A DNA stretch of 44,798 nt from NCBI GenBank assembly GCA_007130125.1, contig SLSZ01000135.1, forward strand, positions 1 to 44,798, read 5' to 3'. The stretch is from Bacteroidales bacterium. Its GTDB lineage: Bacteria; Bacteroidota; Bacteroidia; Bacteroidales; UBA7960. Shown here one piece after another: positions 1 to 9,422 of the stretch. The translations under genes and the position numbers were made by a program. The notes beneath the pieces were generated by a model. The model had not been told where the DNA came from and searched no databases. It saw nothing but the letters and a program-made list of their open reading frames with translations. How positions within the stretch are numbered: the first letter of the stretch is position 1; each line of letters starts with the position of its first letter.

Positions 1-432
1 AATGATTTCAAATGGCAATGTAAAGGTATTTACGGGCAGAATCTTACAGAGCATCTTTTACTTGGAGGTTATGCAGTAAGAACAAAAGATCCGGAAAATG
101 GCATAGAAACATACACGCCAACAAACCATGCTTTTTTTTGGGGAAATGTAGTTTATGGCAAGAATATCAGGTTCGGTTTCTTTGGAGGTTATGCAAAAAA
201 TTTAGGAACTTCTCATAATAATACAGGAGTATACTTTTCAAGGGGTGAAAACATTGATTACCTCTACCGTATTGCTCCCTCTGTTTCTTTTGTTTCAAAT
301 ACAGTAAAAATTTCAACAGAACTTGAATATACTGTTGCTGCATATGGGGAGCCGGATATTAGTGGCAAAATAAAAAACAGTGAGGAAGTAATTAACATTA
401 GGGGGCTTTTAACAATATTTTACTTTTTTTAA
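1..432 (+). CDS. 3' part of an outer-membrane beta-barrel protein (DcaP/porin-like hypothetical), truncated by the window edge
   Basis: Frame 1 is open from base 1 to TAA at 430-432 (NDFKWQCKGIYGQNLTEHLLLGGY...IRGLLTIFYFF*). It has alternating amphipathic strands and a C-terminal YxF OMP signature. Not in the supplied ORF track. Confidence 0.75.
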   Translation, partial: NDFKWQCKGIYGQNLTEHLLLGGYAVRTKDPENGIETYTPTNHAFFWGNVVYGKNIRFGFFGGYAKNLGTSHNNTGVYFSRGENIDYLYRIAPSVSFVSNTVKISTELEYTVAAYGEPDISGKIKNSEEVINIRGLLTIFYFF

Positions 433-539
433 GAGTTTTATTTCTGATTCTTGACTAAAACAATCAGTTGAAGTTTTTTTGCTAAAAAGAAGCAGATATT
501 ATTTTCAGGTTTGCCCAACTGGTATAAAACACTTGAAGT

Positions 540-577
540 GTGTTCATATTCGAACACTGCTGTTCAGATGTGAACAG
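540..577. promoter_or_regulatory. Two tandem palindromic sites (TGTTC-N6-GAACA), probable enhancer-binding-protein (NtrC-family) sites
   Basis: GTGTTCatattcGAACAC at 540-557 and CTGTTCAgatgTGAACAG at 560-577, 20 bp apart, about 90 bp upstream of a -24/-12-like motif. Confidence 0.6.
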
Positions 578-663
578 AAAAAATCTATTTTTGATTACCA
601 AACATTAACACATAAATCTAGTCAACATGTTTAGTTTTCTGACATTTAGGTTTCTGTGGTTTA

Positions 664-678
664 TGGTATATAAATTGT
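664..678 (+). promoter_or_regulatory. Putative sigma54 (-24/-12) promoter
   Basis: TGGTATataaaTTGT, with GG(665-666) and GT(677-678) spaced as in the TGGCAC-N5-TTGC consensus, and upstream palindromes. Confidence 0.5.
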
Positions 679-1006
679 CGAATTATTTGCTAATTTATGC
701 ATTTTCTAATAAGTTTTGTTCTTAAAATAGTTTTTTTGTTGATTTAAGTATAATTGATTCCGAAATTTGTAAAAGTTATTAAAAATTTCTGATATTTGCG
801 AAGTTTTAATTCACCAAAAGATTATAATATAACAAGCAAGCGATTAAGTAAAGTTTTTAAATATTTCATCAACATAATATAAGAGATATTGAAAATAGTT
901 TAATAATAGTAAATATTGCCAGGATTTTTGACCATCATGGAAATATAATCTGGCATAAAATTAATATTACAGACAAATTGTATTGTCTCAGAACCATATT
1001 TTTAAT

Positions 1007-3709
1007 ATGAAAAGAGTTTTTGTTTTATTCGCAGGATTTTTCTTATCTTCTTTTTTTCCTTTTCAGCAGGCCTATTCGACCCAGGCAGGTCAGGTTATTG
1101 ATGATAAACTTACAATTGATCAAGTTGTAAAAATAATTGATGAAGAACATTCTTATAATGTTTTTTATCAGCCACAATGGTTTGATGATATTGAGTTTAG
1201 TACCACAATAACTGAATATTCTCTTCCTAATCTCCTTGAATCAATTGCCGTTGAGGCCGGATTAGATTTTGTTATTATTGATGAGGCTGTAATTTTTATT
1301 CCCACAGAGCAACAAATTGATGAAAGGCTCGCATATGATGAGGATATTTTTGTTATAGGTGATCCAAATCAATACGGCAGATTTTCAAGGGCTACTATTT
1401 CAGGCACGGTTATGGATGCTTCAACTGGCGAAACTTTGATCGGTGCTGTTATACTTGAGCCGGAAAGTAATACCGGTGTAACAACCGATGTAGATGGTGA
1501 GTTTGAGTTAGAGTTGCCTGTTGGACAGCACCGGTTAAATATATCTTATACCGGATATGAAGATAGAACTCAGGATGTAAGGCTTATAAGCGACGGAAAT
1601 GTTGACTTTGAGTTGTTTAGTGAAATTACTGTGTTAGATGAAGTTACTATTGTTGCACGGCGGGCAGAGGATAATGTATTGAGAACACAAATGAGTTTTG
1701 TGTCAATGGATTCAAAAACATTGCGTGAATTACCTTCTAGTTTTGGAGAACAAGACATTGTGAGAAGTATGACATTGTTACCGGGAATACAATCGGTCGG
1801 TGAATTTGGTACCGGGTTTAATGTCAGGGGAGGCAGTGCAGACCAAAACCTCATATTAGTGGAAAATGTACCGTTGTTTAACTCTTCGCATTTGTTTGGA
1901 TTGATATCACTTATTAATCCTGACATGGTTTCCAATGTCACTTTAATGAAAGCAGGTATCCCTGCTAAATATGGAGAAAGGGCTTCGTCTGTTATGGATA
2001 TTCGTCTTAATAGTGAATTAGATAGAGAAGAACCATCTGTCAGTGGTGGCTTGGGCCTTATTAATAGCCGCTTATTGTTTGAAACTCCAATTGTGAAAGA
2101 TAAAGCAACTTTTGCTTTTGGTGCAAGATCATCATATTCCGATTGGTTATTGCAACAAATACCGAATGAAGATCTTATGAACAGCTCGGCACGGTTTCAC
2201 GACTTTACCGCTCTTACTAATATTGCAATAGACCTTGATAATTATCTTACTGTTTTTGGATACTATAGTTATGATAAGTTTGGCTTCCTTGGAGAAAATA
2301 ATTTTGAATACAGCAATGCGTTAGCATCTCTTAGATGGAATCGTATTATCGGACGAACCCTATCAAGCACAATGACTTTAGGATGGAGTAATTACAATTA
2401 CCAGGTTAAGGAAGAGCCTGTTTTAAATCAATATGTGCATTCAAAAATGAAATCGGATATTGATTATAAAACCTTAAAGTATGTGTTTTCTTATCATCCA
2501 CACCACAACCATTCGGTAGAATTTGGTATTAATGCTATCAGGTATGGTATATCGCCGGGAGATCTTTACCCTGTGGGAGATATTTCGACCATTGAAAGAA
2601 AAACACTTGATAGTGAACAAGCTCTTGAGCTTTCAGCTTTTGTTAGTGATGATATCCTGATAGGTGCCAAAATGAGCCTCGAAGTTGGACTGAGATTTAC
2701 ACAGTACCTTCAACTTGGACCCGCATCAGTAGATATATATGAAGAGGATAAGCCAATGCATGAAGACAATGTTGCAGAAACAACTTCTTATGGTAGCAAT
2801 GAAATAGTATCTAGTTATAATGGACTGGAACCAAGGTTAGGTTTTAGGTATAAAACCGGTGAATCCAGCTCTGTGAAATTGAGCTATAACAGAATTAATC
2901 AATATATAAACCTTATTTCGAATACTTCGGTTATGTCCCCTACCGACCTGTGGAAGCTTAGTGATAAACATATAAAACCTTTAACCAGTGATCAGTATGC
3001 TTTGGGATATTTTAATAATTTCAGCAATAATACTATTGAAACTTCTGTTGAGGTTTATTACAGGGATTTTAAAAACTCCATTGAATATAAAAGCGGAGCT
3101 GAAATAGTAATGAATGATCGCCTTGAAACCGATGTTATTAATGCTAAAGGTTATGGATATGGACTAGAGCTGTTTATAAGAAAAAATGCGGGACGCTTAA
3201 CAGGATGGACAAGCTATACATACTCAAGATCAATGAGAAGATCACAGGAAGAATTTTTGGAAAATCAGATAAACCAAAACAATTTTTTCCCTTCAAATTA
3301 TGACAGACCTCACAACATGGTTGTGAATATGAATTACGATATTTCAAGAAGGTGGCGTTTTGGAGCCGTCTTTACATATAGTACAGGAAGGCCTGTGACA
3401 TTACCAGAACATATCTACCCATACGGTAATGATTATCTGGTTTATTATTCTGACAGGAACAAATACCGTTTGCCTGACTATCACAGATTAGACCTGTCGC
3501 TCACTTTAGGCGAAAATCTTAGAACGGACAGGCGAGGTAAAGGAACATGGACAATTTCTGTAATGAATGTTTATGGACGAAAAAATCCATACTCGGTCTT
3601 TTATAAGCGAGAAGCCAGTAGCGTGGATGAACCAAGGTCGTTTAATCTTTATCAGCTATATATAATCGGTAGACCTTTGCCTACTATTACTTATAATTAT
3701 AGGTTTTAG
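1007..3709 (+). CDS. TonB-dependent receptor with carboxypeptidase-regulatory-like N-domain
   Basis: Signal peptide from ATG 1007 (ORF track starts at TTG 983); ISGTVMDASTGETLIGA domain; plug motif LPGIQSVGE..GFNVRGGSADQNLIL; C-terminal YNYRF. Confidence 0.9.
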   Translation: MKRVFVLFAGFFLSSFFPFQQAYSTQAGQVIDDKLTIDQVVKIIDEEHSYNVFYQPQWFDDIEFSTTITEYSLPNLLESIAVEAGLDFVIIDEAVIFIPTEQQIDERLAYDEDIFVIGDPNQYGRFSRATISGTVMDASTGETLIGAVILEPESNTGVTTDVDGEFELELPVGQHRLNISYTGYEDRTQDVRLISDGNVDFELFSEITVLDEVTIVARRAEDNVLRTQMSFVSMDSKTLRELPSSFGEQDIVRSMTLLPGIQSVGEFGTGFNVRGGSADQNLILVENVPLFNSSHLFGLISLINPDMVSNVTLMKAGIPAKYGERASSVMDIRLNSELDREEPSVSGGLGLINSRLLFETPIVKDKATFAFGARSSYSDWLLQQIPNEDLMNSSARFHDFTALTNIAIDLDNYLTVFGYYSYDKFGFLGENNFEYSNALASLRWNRIIGRTLSSTMTLGWSNYNYQVKEEPVLNQYVHSKMKSDIDYKTLKYVFSYHPHHNHSVEFGINAIRYGISPGDLYPVGDISTIERKTLDSEQALELSAFVSDDILIGAKMSLEVGLRFTQYLQLGPASVDIYEEDKPMHEDNVAETTSYGSNEIVSSYNGLEPRLGFRYKTGESSSVKLSYNRINQYINLISNTSVMSPTDLWKLSDKHIKPLTSDQYALGYFNNFSNNTIETSVEVYYRDFKNSIEYKSGAEIVMNDRLETDVINAKGYGYGLELFIRKNAGRLTGWTSYTYSRSMRRSQEEFLENQINQNNFFPSNYDRPHNMVVNMNYDISRRWRFGAVFTYSTGRPVTLPEHIYPYGNDYLVYYSDRNKYRLPDYHRLDLSLTLGENLRTDRRGKGTWTISVMNVYGRKNPYSVFYKREASSVDEPRSFNLYQLYIIGRPLPTITYNYRF

Positions 3710-3714
3710 ATAAT

Positions 3715-4839
3715 ATGGATAATTTTAAAATGAAAAAAAACCATAATATGAGATCAAGCATATTATTATTTATTGTTGCATCGGTTATTCTTTATGGGTG
3801 CATTGAAGTTTATGAGCCGGAAATTTCTGCTGATAATCAGCATTTTGTAGTAGAGGGGCTGCTTACAGATGAAGCAGGTCCGCATATTGTAAGACTATCA
3901 AGATCCAATACTTTCGGTGAAGAGATACGGCAAAATTATGTAGGACGTGCCAACGTACGTATAATTGACTCACAAAACAATGCCGTTGATCTGCGGGAAA
4001 TAAGATCCGGGTATTATGAAACACCCGAAGATTTTTCCGGAACAATCGGAGAAACTTATACTCTGCATATTGAAACAGTCGAAGGAGTTGTATATGAATC
4101 TGAGCCGCAGGAAATGGTTAAGCCCGTTAGCATTGATTCATTATATGGTGAATTTGGCCAGCAAACATTTTCTTTTGAATCGCCTGCTTCAGGCGATATA
4201 TACCAAAGAAGGGTGGAGGGAGTTAATATGTATTTTGACGTTTCTCGCGATGATGAGCAAATCCCAAAGTTTAGGTTTAATACGGTTTTAATGCTACAAT
4301 ACGAATGGGCGGTTGCCGTTGGGGGGGCTCCTATATATGATCTTTGCTGGGTAAAAAGAAGAATAGTAGATTTCTTGGAAGCTGATATTCCGCAAAATCT
4401 TAGCAAACCTGATATACGGCGCAACCGGATAGCATTTTTACCAATATCCGGAAGAAATATGAGATATATGGGCTTTCCCCAATATGGCAGGGACGACAGT
4501 ACAGCAATTTCCTATACACACCCCAGGATCGTTATCAAATCAATATATACCTTAAATGAAGAAGCTTATGAATTTCATTATGATAGAAATATGCAGCTAA
4601 GTGATGAGGGCAGCTTTTTTGATCCGATTTCACCACAGCTCTCTGGCAATATTTATAATGTGGATGATGAAAATGAAATAGTCTTTGGTTTCTTTGAAGT
4701 GTCGCCTGTGACAAAATCCACTATAAATGTGAGAATTGATGAAAATCAAAATATTATACAAATTGATACCCTCGATTGTTTGGAATACGTGCCAAATTCC
4801 GGATGTTTGACAGCCGAATTCCCGGAATGGTGGATTTAA
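3715..4839 (+). CDS. DUF4249-family lipoprotein
   Basis: Lipobox LYGC (start may be ATG 3748); VVEGLLT..P..VRLSRS; C-terminal GNIYNVDDENEIVFGFFEV; directly downstream of the TBDR. Confidence 0.8.
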   Translation: MDNFKMKKNHNMRSSILLFIVASVILYGCIEVYEPEISADNQHFVVEGLLTDEAGPHIVRLSRSNTFGEEIRQNYVGRANVRIIDSQNNAVDLREIRSGYYETPEDFSGTIGETYTLHIETVEGVVYESEPQEMVKPVSIDSLYGEFGQQTFSFESPASGDIYQRRVEGVNMYFDVSRDDEQIPKFRFNTVLMLQYEWAVAVGGAPIYDLCWVKRRIVDFLEADIPQNLSKPDIRRNRIAFLPISGRNMRYMGFPQYGRDDSTAISYTHPRIVIKSIYTLNEEAYEFHYDRNMQLSDEGSFFDPISPQLSGNIYNVDDENEIVFGFFEVSPVTKSTINVRIDENQNIIQIDTLDCLEYVPNSGCLTAEFPEWWI

Positions 4840-4857
4840 CTATTAAATAATTGAATT

Positions 4858-7206
4858 ATGAGATTGCCTTTGAATGTTATTGTTATATCTGTTTTCCTTT
4901 TTATATGCGGAAACGAATGTTTATACGCAGAAGGAATGCATAAAGAGTTTTCTTTTACTGAAAATACATACATCCATACCGACCGTGATATCTATGTGGC
5001 CGGGGAAAACATGTATTATAAAGTATATCTTTTAAATAATAATAATAATAATGAGCCCGGCTTGAAAAGCGGGTTTATGTATATAGCATTAAGAAGTGAA
5101 AATGAGGTTGTCGAACGGGTAATTATGGAAATTGATCAAAAGTCCTATTCAGGTGGTTCAATCTACCTTGATGATACCTTGTCAACCGGCTATTATGAAC
5201 TTGTTGCGTATACGAACTGGATGAAAAATGCCGGGGAAGAGTATTATTTTAGAAAGCCTGTGCTTATAGTTAACCGGTTTGATCAACAACCGGAAAGCAT
5301 TCTTGCAGATATTAGCTTGCAGGAAGACCCGAAAGTAGAATTTATACCCGAAAGCAATAGTTTTGTTGAGGGACTGGATAATAAATTATTGATAAAAACA
5401 AAGGGAATTTTTGATTCTGACATGCGTGATGTTTTGATTTTAAATCAGGACAATGATACTATTACACAAACCACACTTAATGCTCATGGCTTTTCCACAT
5501 TTTCTTTAGTGCCTGATACAGCAACCAGCTATTTTGCTTCAATTGAAGGCATAGATGACTTGTTTCAGCTTCCAGAAGCACGAAGATTTGGTTCTGTTTT
5601 AAAAGTCGCTCAAAAGCAGAATGTTTTAAATATTGAAATTCTGGTAACTGAAGAGAGTCCTAAAATAGATTGGCTAAGAATAAATCACCAGGGTAATACT
5701 GTTTATGAAGAAAGAATTTATGAAAAACCCTTTGCTACCAGTATTAATACTGATCAAAAGAATATTCCTGAAGGACTTTTATCAATAGAAATTGGAGCAG
5801 GTGGATGGGGGAAAATAGCTGAAAGACTTTGGTTTAATACTCACTATGAAAAGGCAGGAGTGTCTGTAAAAACTGCCGCCGGGCAATATGGTAAAAGAGA
5901 AAGAATAGATCTAGATATAAACGGCTTTGACTTAGATGACGAATTTGCAACTCTCTCAGTTTCTGTGATAAAAAGGCATGCAAAAGAGAAACACAGTGTC
6001 GGGCTTGATGGATATCTGAGAGCATATGAACTAATGAAGCCGTTTGGATTAAACCTGCATGAAGCAACTGCTTTCTACGGTAAAATGAGCATTGAGAAGT
6101 TGAATGATTATCTAATAAAAAACCCTGAAACAGATAATAAAAACAATCCAGAAAGGCATAACTTCAATAGCATGTACTACATGGAAACAGACGAGCTGAT
6201 ATTGTCCGGAAGGGTTGTGGATAATACCACAAAAACCCCGGTTGAAGGTGCCAGGGTAATTCTTAACACTCCTGATTCGGTTATAAATCTATTGTATTCA
6301 AACTCCAATGAAGAAGGGTTGTTTCATTTTGTTCTTACTGATTTTTACCATGATAAGGAACTTTACTTTTTTTTGGATCCTAAATCCATTGATGAGAATG
6401 CTCAAATAGAACTCATAGATAAATTTACATTCGAGTCAATTTATAAACCGGAGCATTTTGCATCAGTAAGGCACAAGATAGACTTTATTAAAACTAGCCA
6501 GGATATTGTCAGGGTTAATAAAGCTTATGGGATTAATCATCTGGAAGAGAAAAACGCTGAAAAAACACACAGAGCTCATCCGCCTGTATTATTTTCAAAG
6601 GCAAATAACACGATTTATACAGAAAATTATGCACCCCTCGACAGTTTGCTTGAGATTACCCGGGAGCTTATACATCCATGGAGAGTAAGATATCGTAACC
6701 AGCAATATGTTTCAAGTATAGTTTGTGCGTCTTCTGGGAATCGATTGCAAGAGGAGCCTATATATTTTCTCGACGGAATCATTTTGACCGATATTAGCAA
6801 ACTGACACATTTAAATTCACAAACAATTGAAAAAATTCAGGTGCACAACTTCCAATGGGTTCATGGCGAGATTCTTTTTCCTGGAATAATTGGTGTTTTT
6901 TCAAAAACTCACGAGTATCTTGAAGCATTTGCTGATCGCACCAGATCAACTATGTTTAAAGAAACCCTGCGTGATCCGGTTAAACATAATCCTCCTGAAT
7001 ATAATCAAAATACTCTAGAGAAGAAACATGAACCGGATTTACGACAATTGTTGTTTTGGGATGCTGAGGTTATTATAGAAAAGGGAGAAAAAGAAACAAT
7101 TAGCTTCTTTTCCGGCGACCTGGGCGGTGAGTTTATTATTTCTGTACAAGGAGTTACTTCAGAAGGGACTCCGGTTAACATTAGTAAACCTATTATAATT
7201 AATTAG
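4858..7206 (+). CDS. Secreted hypothetical protein with macroglobulin (MG2)-like N-terminus and plug-like C-terminal region
   Basis: Signal peptide; YIHTDRDIYVAGE (MG2-like); EPIYFLDG (plug-like); C-terminal PDLRQLLFW...GDLGGEFIISVQG. Confidence 0.65.
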   Translation: MRLPLNVIVISVFLFICGNECLYAEGMHKEFSFTENTYIHTDRDIYVAGENMYYKVYLLNNNNNNEPGLKSGFMYIALRSENEVVERVIMEIDQKSYSGGSIYLDDTLSTGYYELVAYTNWMKNAGEEYYFRKPVLIVNRFDQQPESILADISLQEDPKVEFIPESNSFVEGLDNKLLIKTKGIFDSDMRDVLILNQDNDTITQTTLNAHGFSTFSLVPDTATSYFASIEGIDDLFQLPEARRFGSVLKVAQKQNVLNIEILVTEESPKIDWLRINHQGNTVYEERIYEKPFATSINTDQKNIPEGLLSIEIGAGGWGKIAERLWFNTHYEKAGVSVKTAAGQYGKRERIDLDINGFDLDDEFATLSVSVIKRHAKEKHSVGLDGYLRAYELMKPFGLNLHEATAFYGKMSIEKLNDYLIKNPETDNKNNPERHNFNSMYYMETDELILSGRVVDNTTKTPVEGARVILNTPDSVINLLYSNSNEEGLFHFVLTDFYHDKELYFFLDPKSIDENAQIELIDKFTFESIYKPEHFASVRHKIDFIKTSQDIVRVNKAYGINHLEEKNAEKTHRAHPPVLFSKANNTIYTENYAPLDSLLEITRELIHPWRVRYRNQQYVSSIVCASSGNRLQEEPIYFLDGIILTDISKLTHLNSQTIEKIQVHNFQWVHGEILFPGIIGVFSKTHEYLEAFADRTRSTMFKETLRDPVKHNPPEYNQNTLEKKHEPDLRQLLFWDAEVIIEKGEKETISFFSGDLGGEFIISVQGVTSEGTPVNISKPIIIN
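5035..5052 (+). repeat. In-frame (AAT)6 microsatellite encoding poly-Asn
   Basis: aat x6 read directly from the sequence. Confidence 0.8.
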
Positions 7207-7213
7207 TTTTATC

Positions 7214-7945
7214 ATGAAAAAACGTTTTGATATATTTTTGCTAAGTCTGTCATTTATATTAGTTGTTTGTCCTGCAGAGCTATCGGCACAGTTTGATAAA
7301 GATGATATTACATTGAAACGAGAACCAAAATTGTCCGGTGAAGTGTACTCTTTTACTATGCAGGCAGAGGGTAGCTATTATTTGAATAGGAATTGGAGTG
7401 ATGGCGATGTTTTGTTGGCAACAGGTGAAAAAGTTAAAAATGAACTTTTTAAATATAATGGTTTCCTGGATGAATTAGTTTGGTTGAACGCCAAAACTTA
7501 TCAACCTGTAAAAGTAGATAAAGAGATGGTTGAAGAATTTACTCTATATCTTCCCGGCGAAAGAAGGCCTTTTGTTTTTCAAAACATTACTATTGACATC
7601 GCTTTAAGCGCTGAAACTAAAAATATTTTTGCACACAGTTTATATGAAGGGGAAATTTCCCTTGTAGCACATCGTCGTATTATAAGAACCGGACAATCTT
7701 TAAGAAGTGGAGAAGGTACGTTGTATGCTGTAGCCAGGCTTAAACCCGAACCGGTTTTTTATATTGTAATGCCTGATAACAAAGCTTTTGAAGTTAGAAG
7801 GTTCAGTAGAAGGTCTTTATATCGAATATTTCCCGATCACCGGAGAGAATTAAGATCTGCTTTTCGTGATAGAGGATTAAGAATTCGTTCTGAAAATGAC
7901 CTGATACAAGCCGTTGATGTGGTTGATCAAGTTCTGTTTCAATAA
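7214..7945 (+). CDS. Conserved secreted hypothetical protein, fourth gene of the TBDR operon
   Basis: Signal peptide; GSYYL..W..G.V...G and KYNGFLDELV; 7-bp gap from the upstream gene. Confidence 0.75.
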   Translation: MKKRFDIFLLSLSFILVVCPAELSAQFDKDDITLKREPKLSGEVYSFTMQAEGSYYLNRNWSDGDVLLATGEKVKNELFKYNGFLDELVWLNAKTYQPVKVDKEMVEEFTLYLPGERRPFVFQNITIDIALSAETKNIFAHSLYEGEISLVAHRRIIRTGQSLRSGEGTLYAVARLKPEPVFYIVMPDNKAFEVRRFSRRSLYRIFPDHRRELRSAFRDRGLRIRSENDLIQAVDVVDQVLFQ

Positions 7946-8187
7946 TAGAAAGCCAAAACGGTTTGCTTACTATTATCCTTATTTAATCCATTTTATTATT
8001 ATTATGTATTTTTGTGTATAGAGCTGTTCATTGTTTATGATATTTCGGCTTTTGCTATACAATAGCTCTTCTTAATTACAAATGCCTGCGGTAAATGTAT
8101 TAGTTACTTCAAGATATTTTTACCTGCGGTTGATTTTTTAATCTCAAAAAAAACTATAACCAAATATTTAATCAAACCACGATAAAC

Positions 8188-9333
8188 ATGAAAAGGATTG
8201 CTATTTCTTCAATTTTACTACTAGCTTTAATTAATATCATTGGGCAAAACGCTGCTGAAAAATTGCGCTTGAGGGATTATGGAATTAATATAGGGGTTTT
8301 GGAAACCGGCCATTATAATTCAATTACCGATGTAAAAGGTGTAAAAGCAGGTCATGTAACCTTATATGAGGGCGACAGTGTTCGCACCGGCGTTACTGCT
8401 GTTTTGCCTCATGCTGAAAATCTTTTTCAATACAAAGTCCCTGCCGCTATTTATCTTGCCAACGGTTTTGGAAAGCTTACCGGGTACAGCCAGGTGGAAG
8501 AACTTGGGAATATTGAAACACCAATAATTTTGACAAATACATTGAGTGTTCCGGTAGCGGCAGATGCTTTAATCAGCCATGCTTTATCTTTACCGGGCAA
8601 CGAAGATGTGAGGAGCGTTAATCCTGTTGTTGGTGAGACCAACGATGGGTGGCTGAATGATATTCGCGGAAGACATGTTGAGGAGCATCATGTGCTTGGT
8701 GCAATAAAAAATGCCGGAGGTGGCAAGGTTGCAGAAGGCAATGTGGGTGCCGGTACAGGAACTATCAGCTTTGGGTTTAAAGGCGGCATTGGCACATCTT
8801 CCCGGGTTACACCCGCGGCGCATGGCGGATATACTGTTGGAGTGCTTGTTCAGTCAAACTTTGGCGGTGTATTAGAGATAAATGGCGCTCCCGTGGGTCA
8901 GGAACTGGAAAAGTTTATCTTTAGCACGGATATTCTTGATAGTGCTGACGGTTCTTGCATGATTATTGTTGCTACAGACGCCCCACTATGCGCAAGGAAT
9001 CTTAAAAGACTAGCCAAAAGGGCAATGCTGGGACTGGGAAAAACCGGAGGGATTTCATCTAATGGAAGTGGAGATTATGTTATTGCATTTTCTGTTGCAG
9101 AAGATAATCTTATCGAATATCAGCACGAGTCAAAATATTATGATGCAAAAGTCTTAAGAAATGAAAATACCTCCGCACTGTTTTTGGCAGTAAATGAAGC
9201 CACCGAAGAAGCTATAATTAATTCTCTTTTTGCTGCGGAAACTATGACAGGCAGAAACAATCATAAAATTGAAGCATTACCCGTTAAAAAGGTATTGGAG
9301 ATACTTGAAAAGTATAATAAAATAAAAAATTGA
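8188..9333 (+). CDS. dmpA: DmpA-like L-aminopeptidase/D-esterase (peptidase S58/P1 family)
   Basis: NSITDVKGVKAGH, EGNVGAGTG, KGGIGTSSR, autoprocessing G-S site DGSCMIIVATDAP, NGSGD; signal peptide. Confidence 0.88.
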   Translation: MKRIAISSILLLALINIIGQNAAEKLRLRDYGINIGVLETGHYNSITDVKGVKAGHVTLYEGDSVRTGVTAVLPHAENLFQYKVPAAIYLANGFGKLTGYSQVEELGNIETPIILTNTLSVPVAADALISHALSLPGNEDVRSVNPVVGETNDGWLNDIRGRHVEEHHVLGAIKNAGGGKVAEGNVGAGTGTISFGFKGGIGTSSRVTPAAHGGYTVGVLVQSNFGGVLEINGAPVGQELEKFIFSTDILDSADGSCMIIVATDAPLCARNLKRLAKRAMLGLGKTGGISSNGSGDYVIAFSVAEDNLIEYQHESKYYDAKVLRNENTSALFLAVNEATEEAIINSLFAAETMTGRNNHKIEALPVKKVLEILEKYNKIKN

Positions 9334-9384
9334 AAATATTAATACCTTATTAACTTATTAGTCTGTTTATAAAATAATTCAGCT

Positions 9385-9392
9385 TATTTTTG
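9385..9392 (+). promoter_or_regulatory. Bacteroidota primary-sigma -7 element (TAnnTTTG)
   Basis: TATTTTTG about 30 bp before ATG 9423. Similar elements lie at 8007-8014, 18670-18677 and 43998-44005. Confidence 0.5.
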
Positions 9393-9422
9393 CAAAATAA
9401 TAAAACAAAAATCTCCCACCTA

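Noticed and set aside
951-965. Second sigma54 promoter TGGCATAAAATTAAT
   Set aside because: There is no TTG(C/T) at the required -12 spacing.
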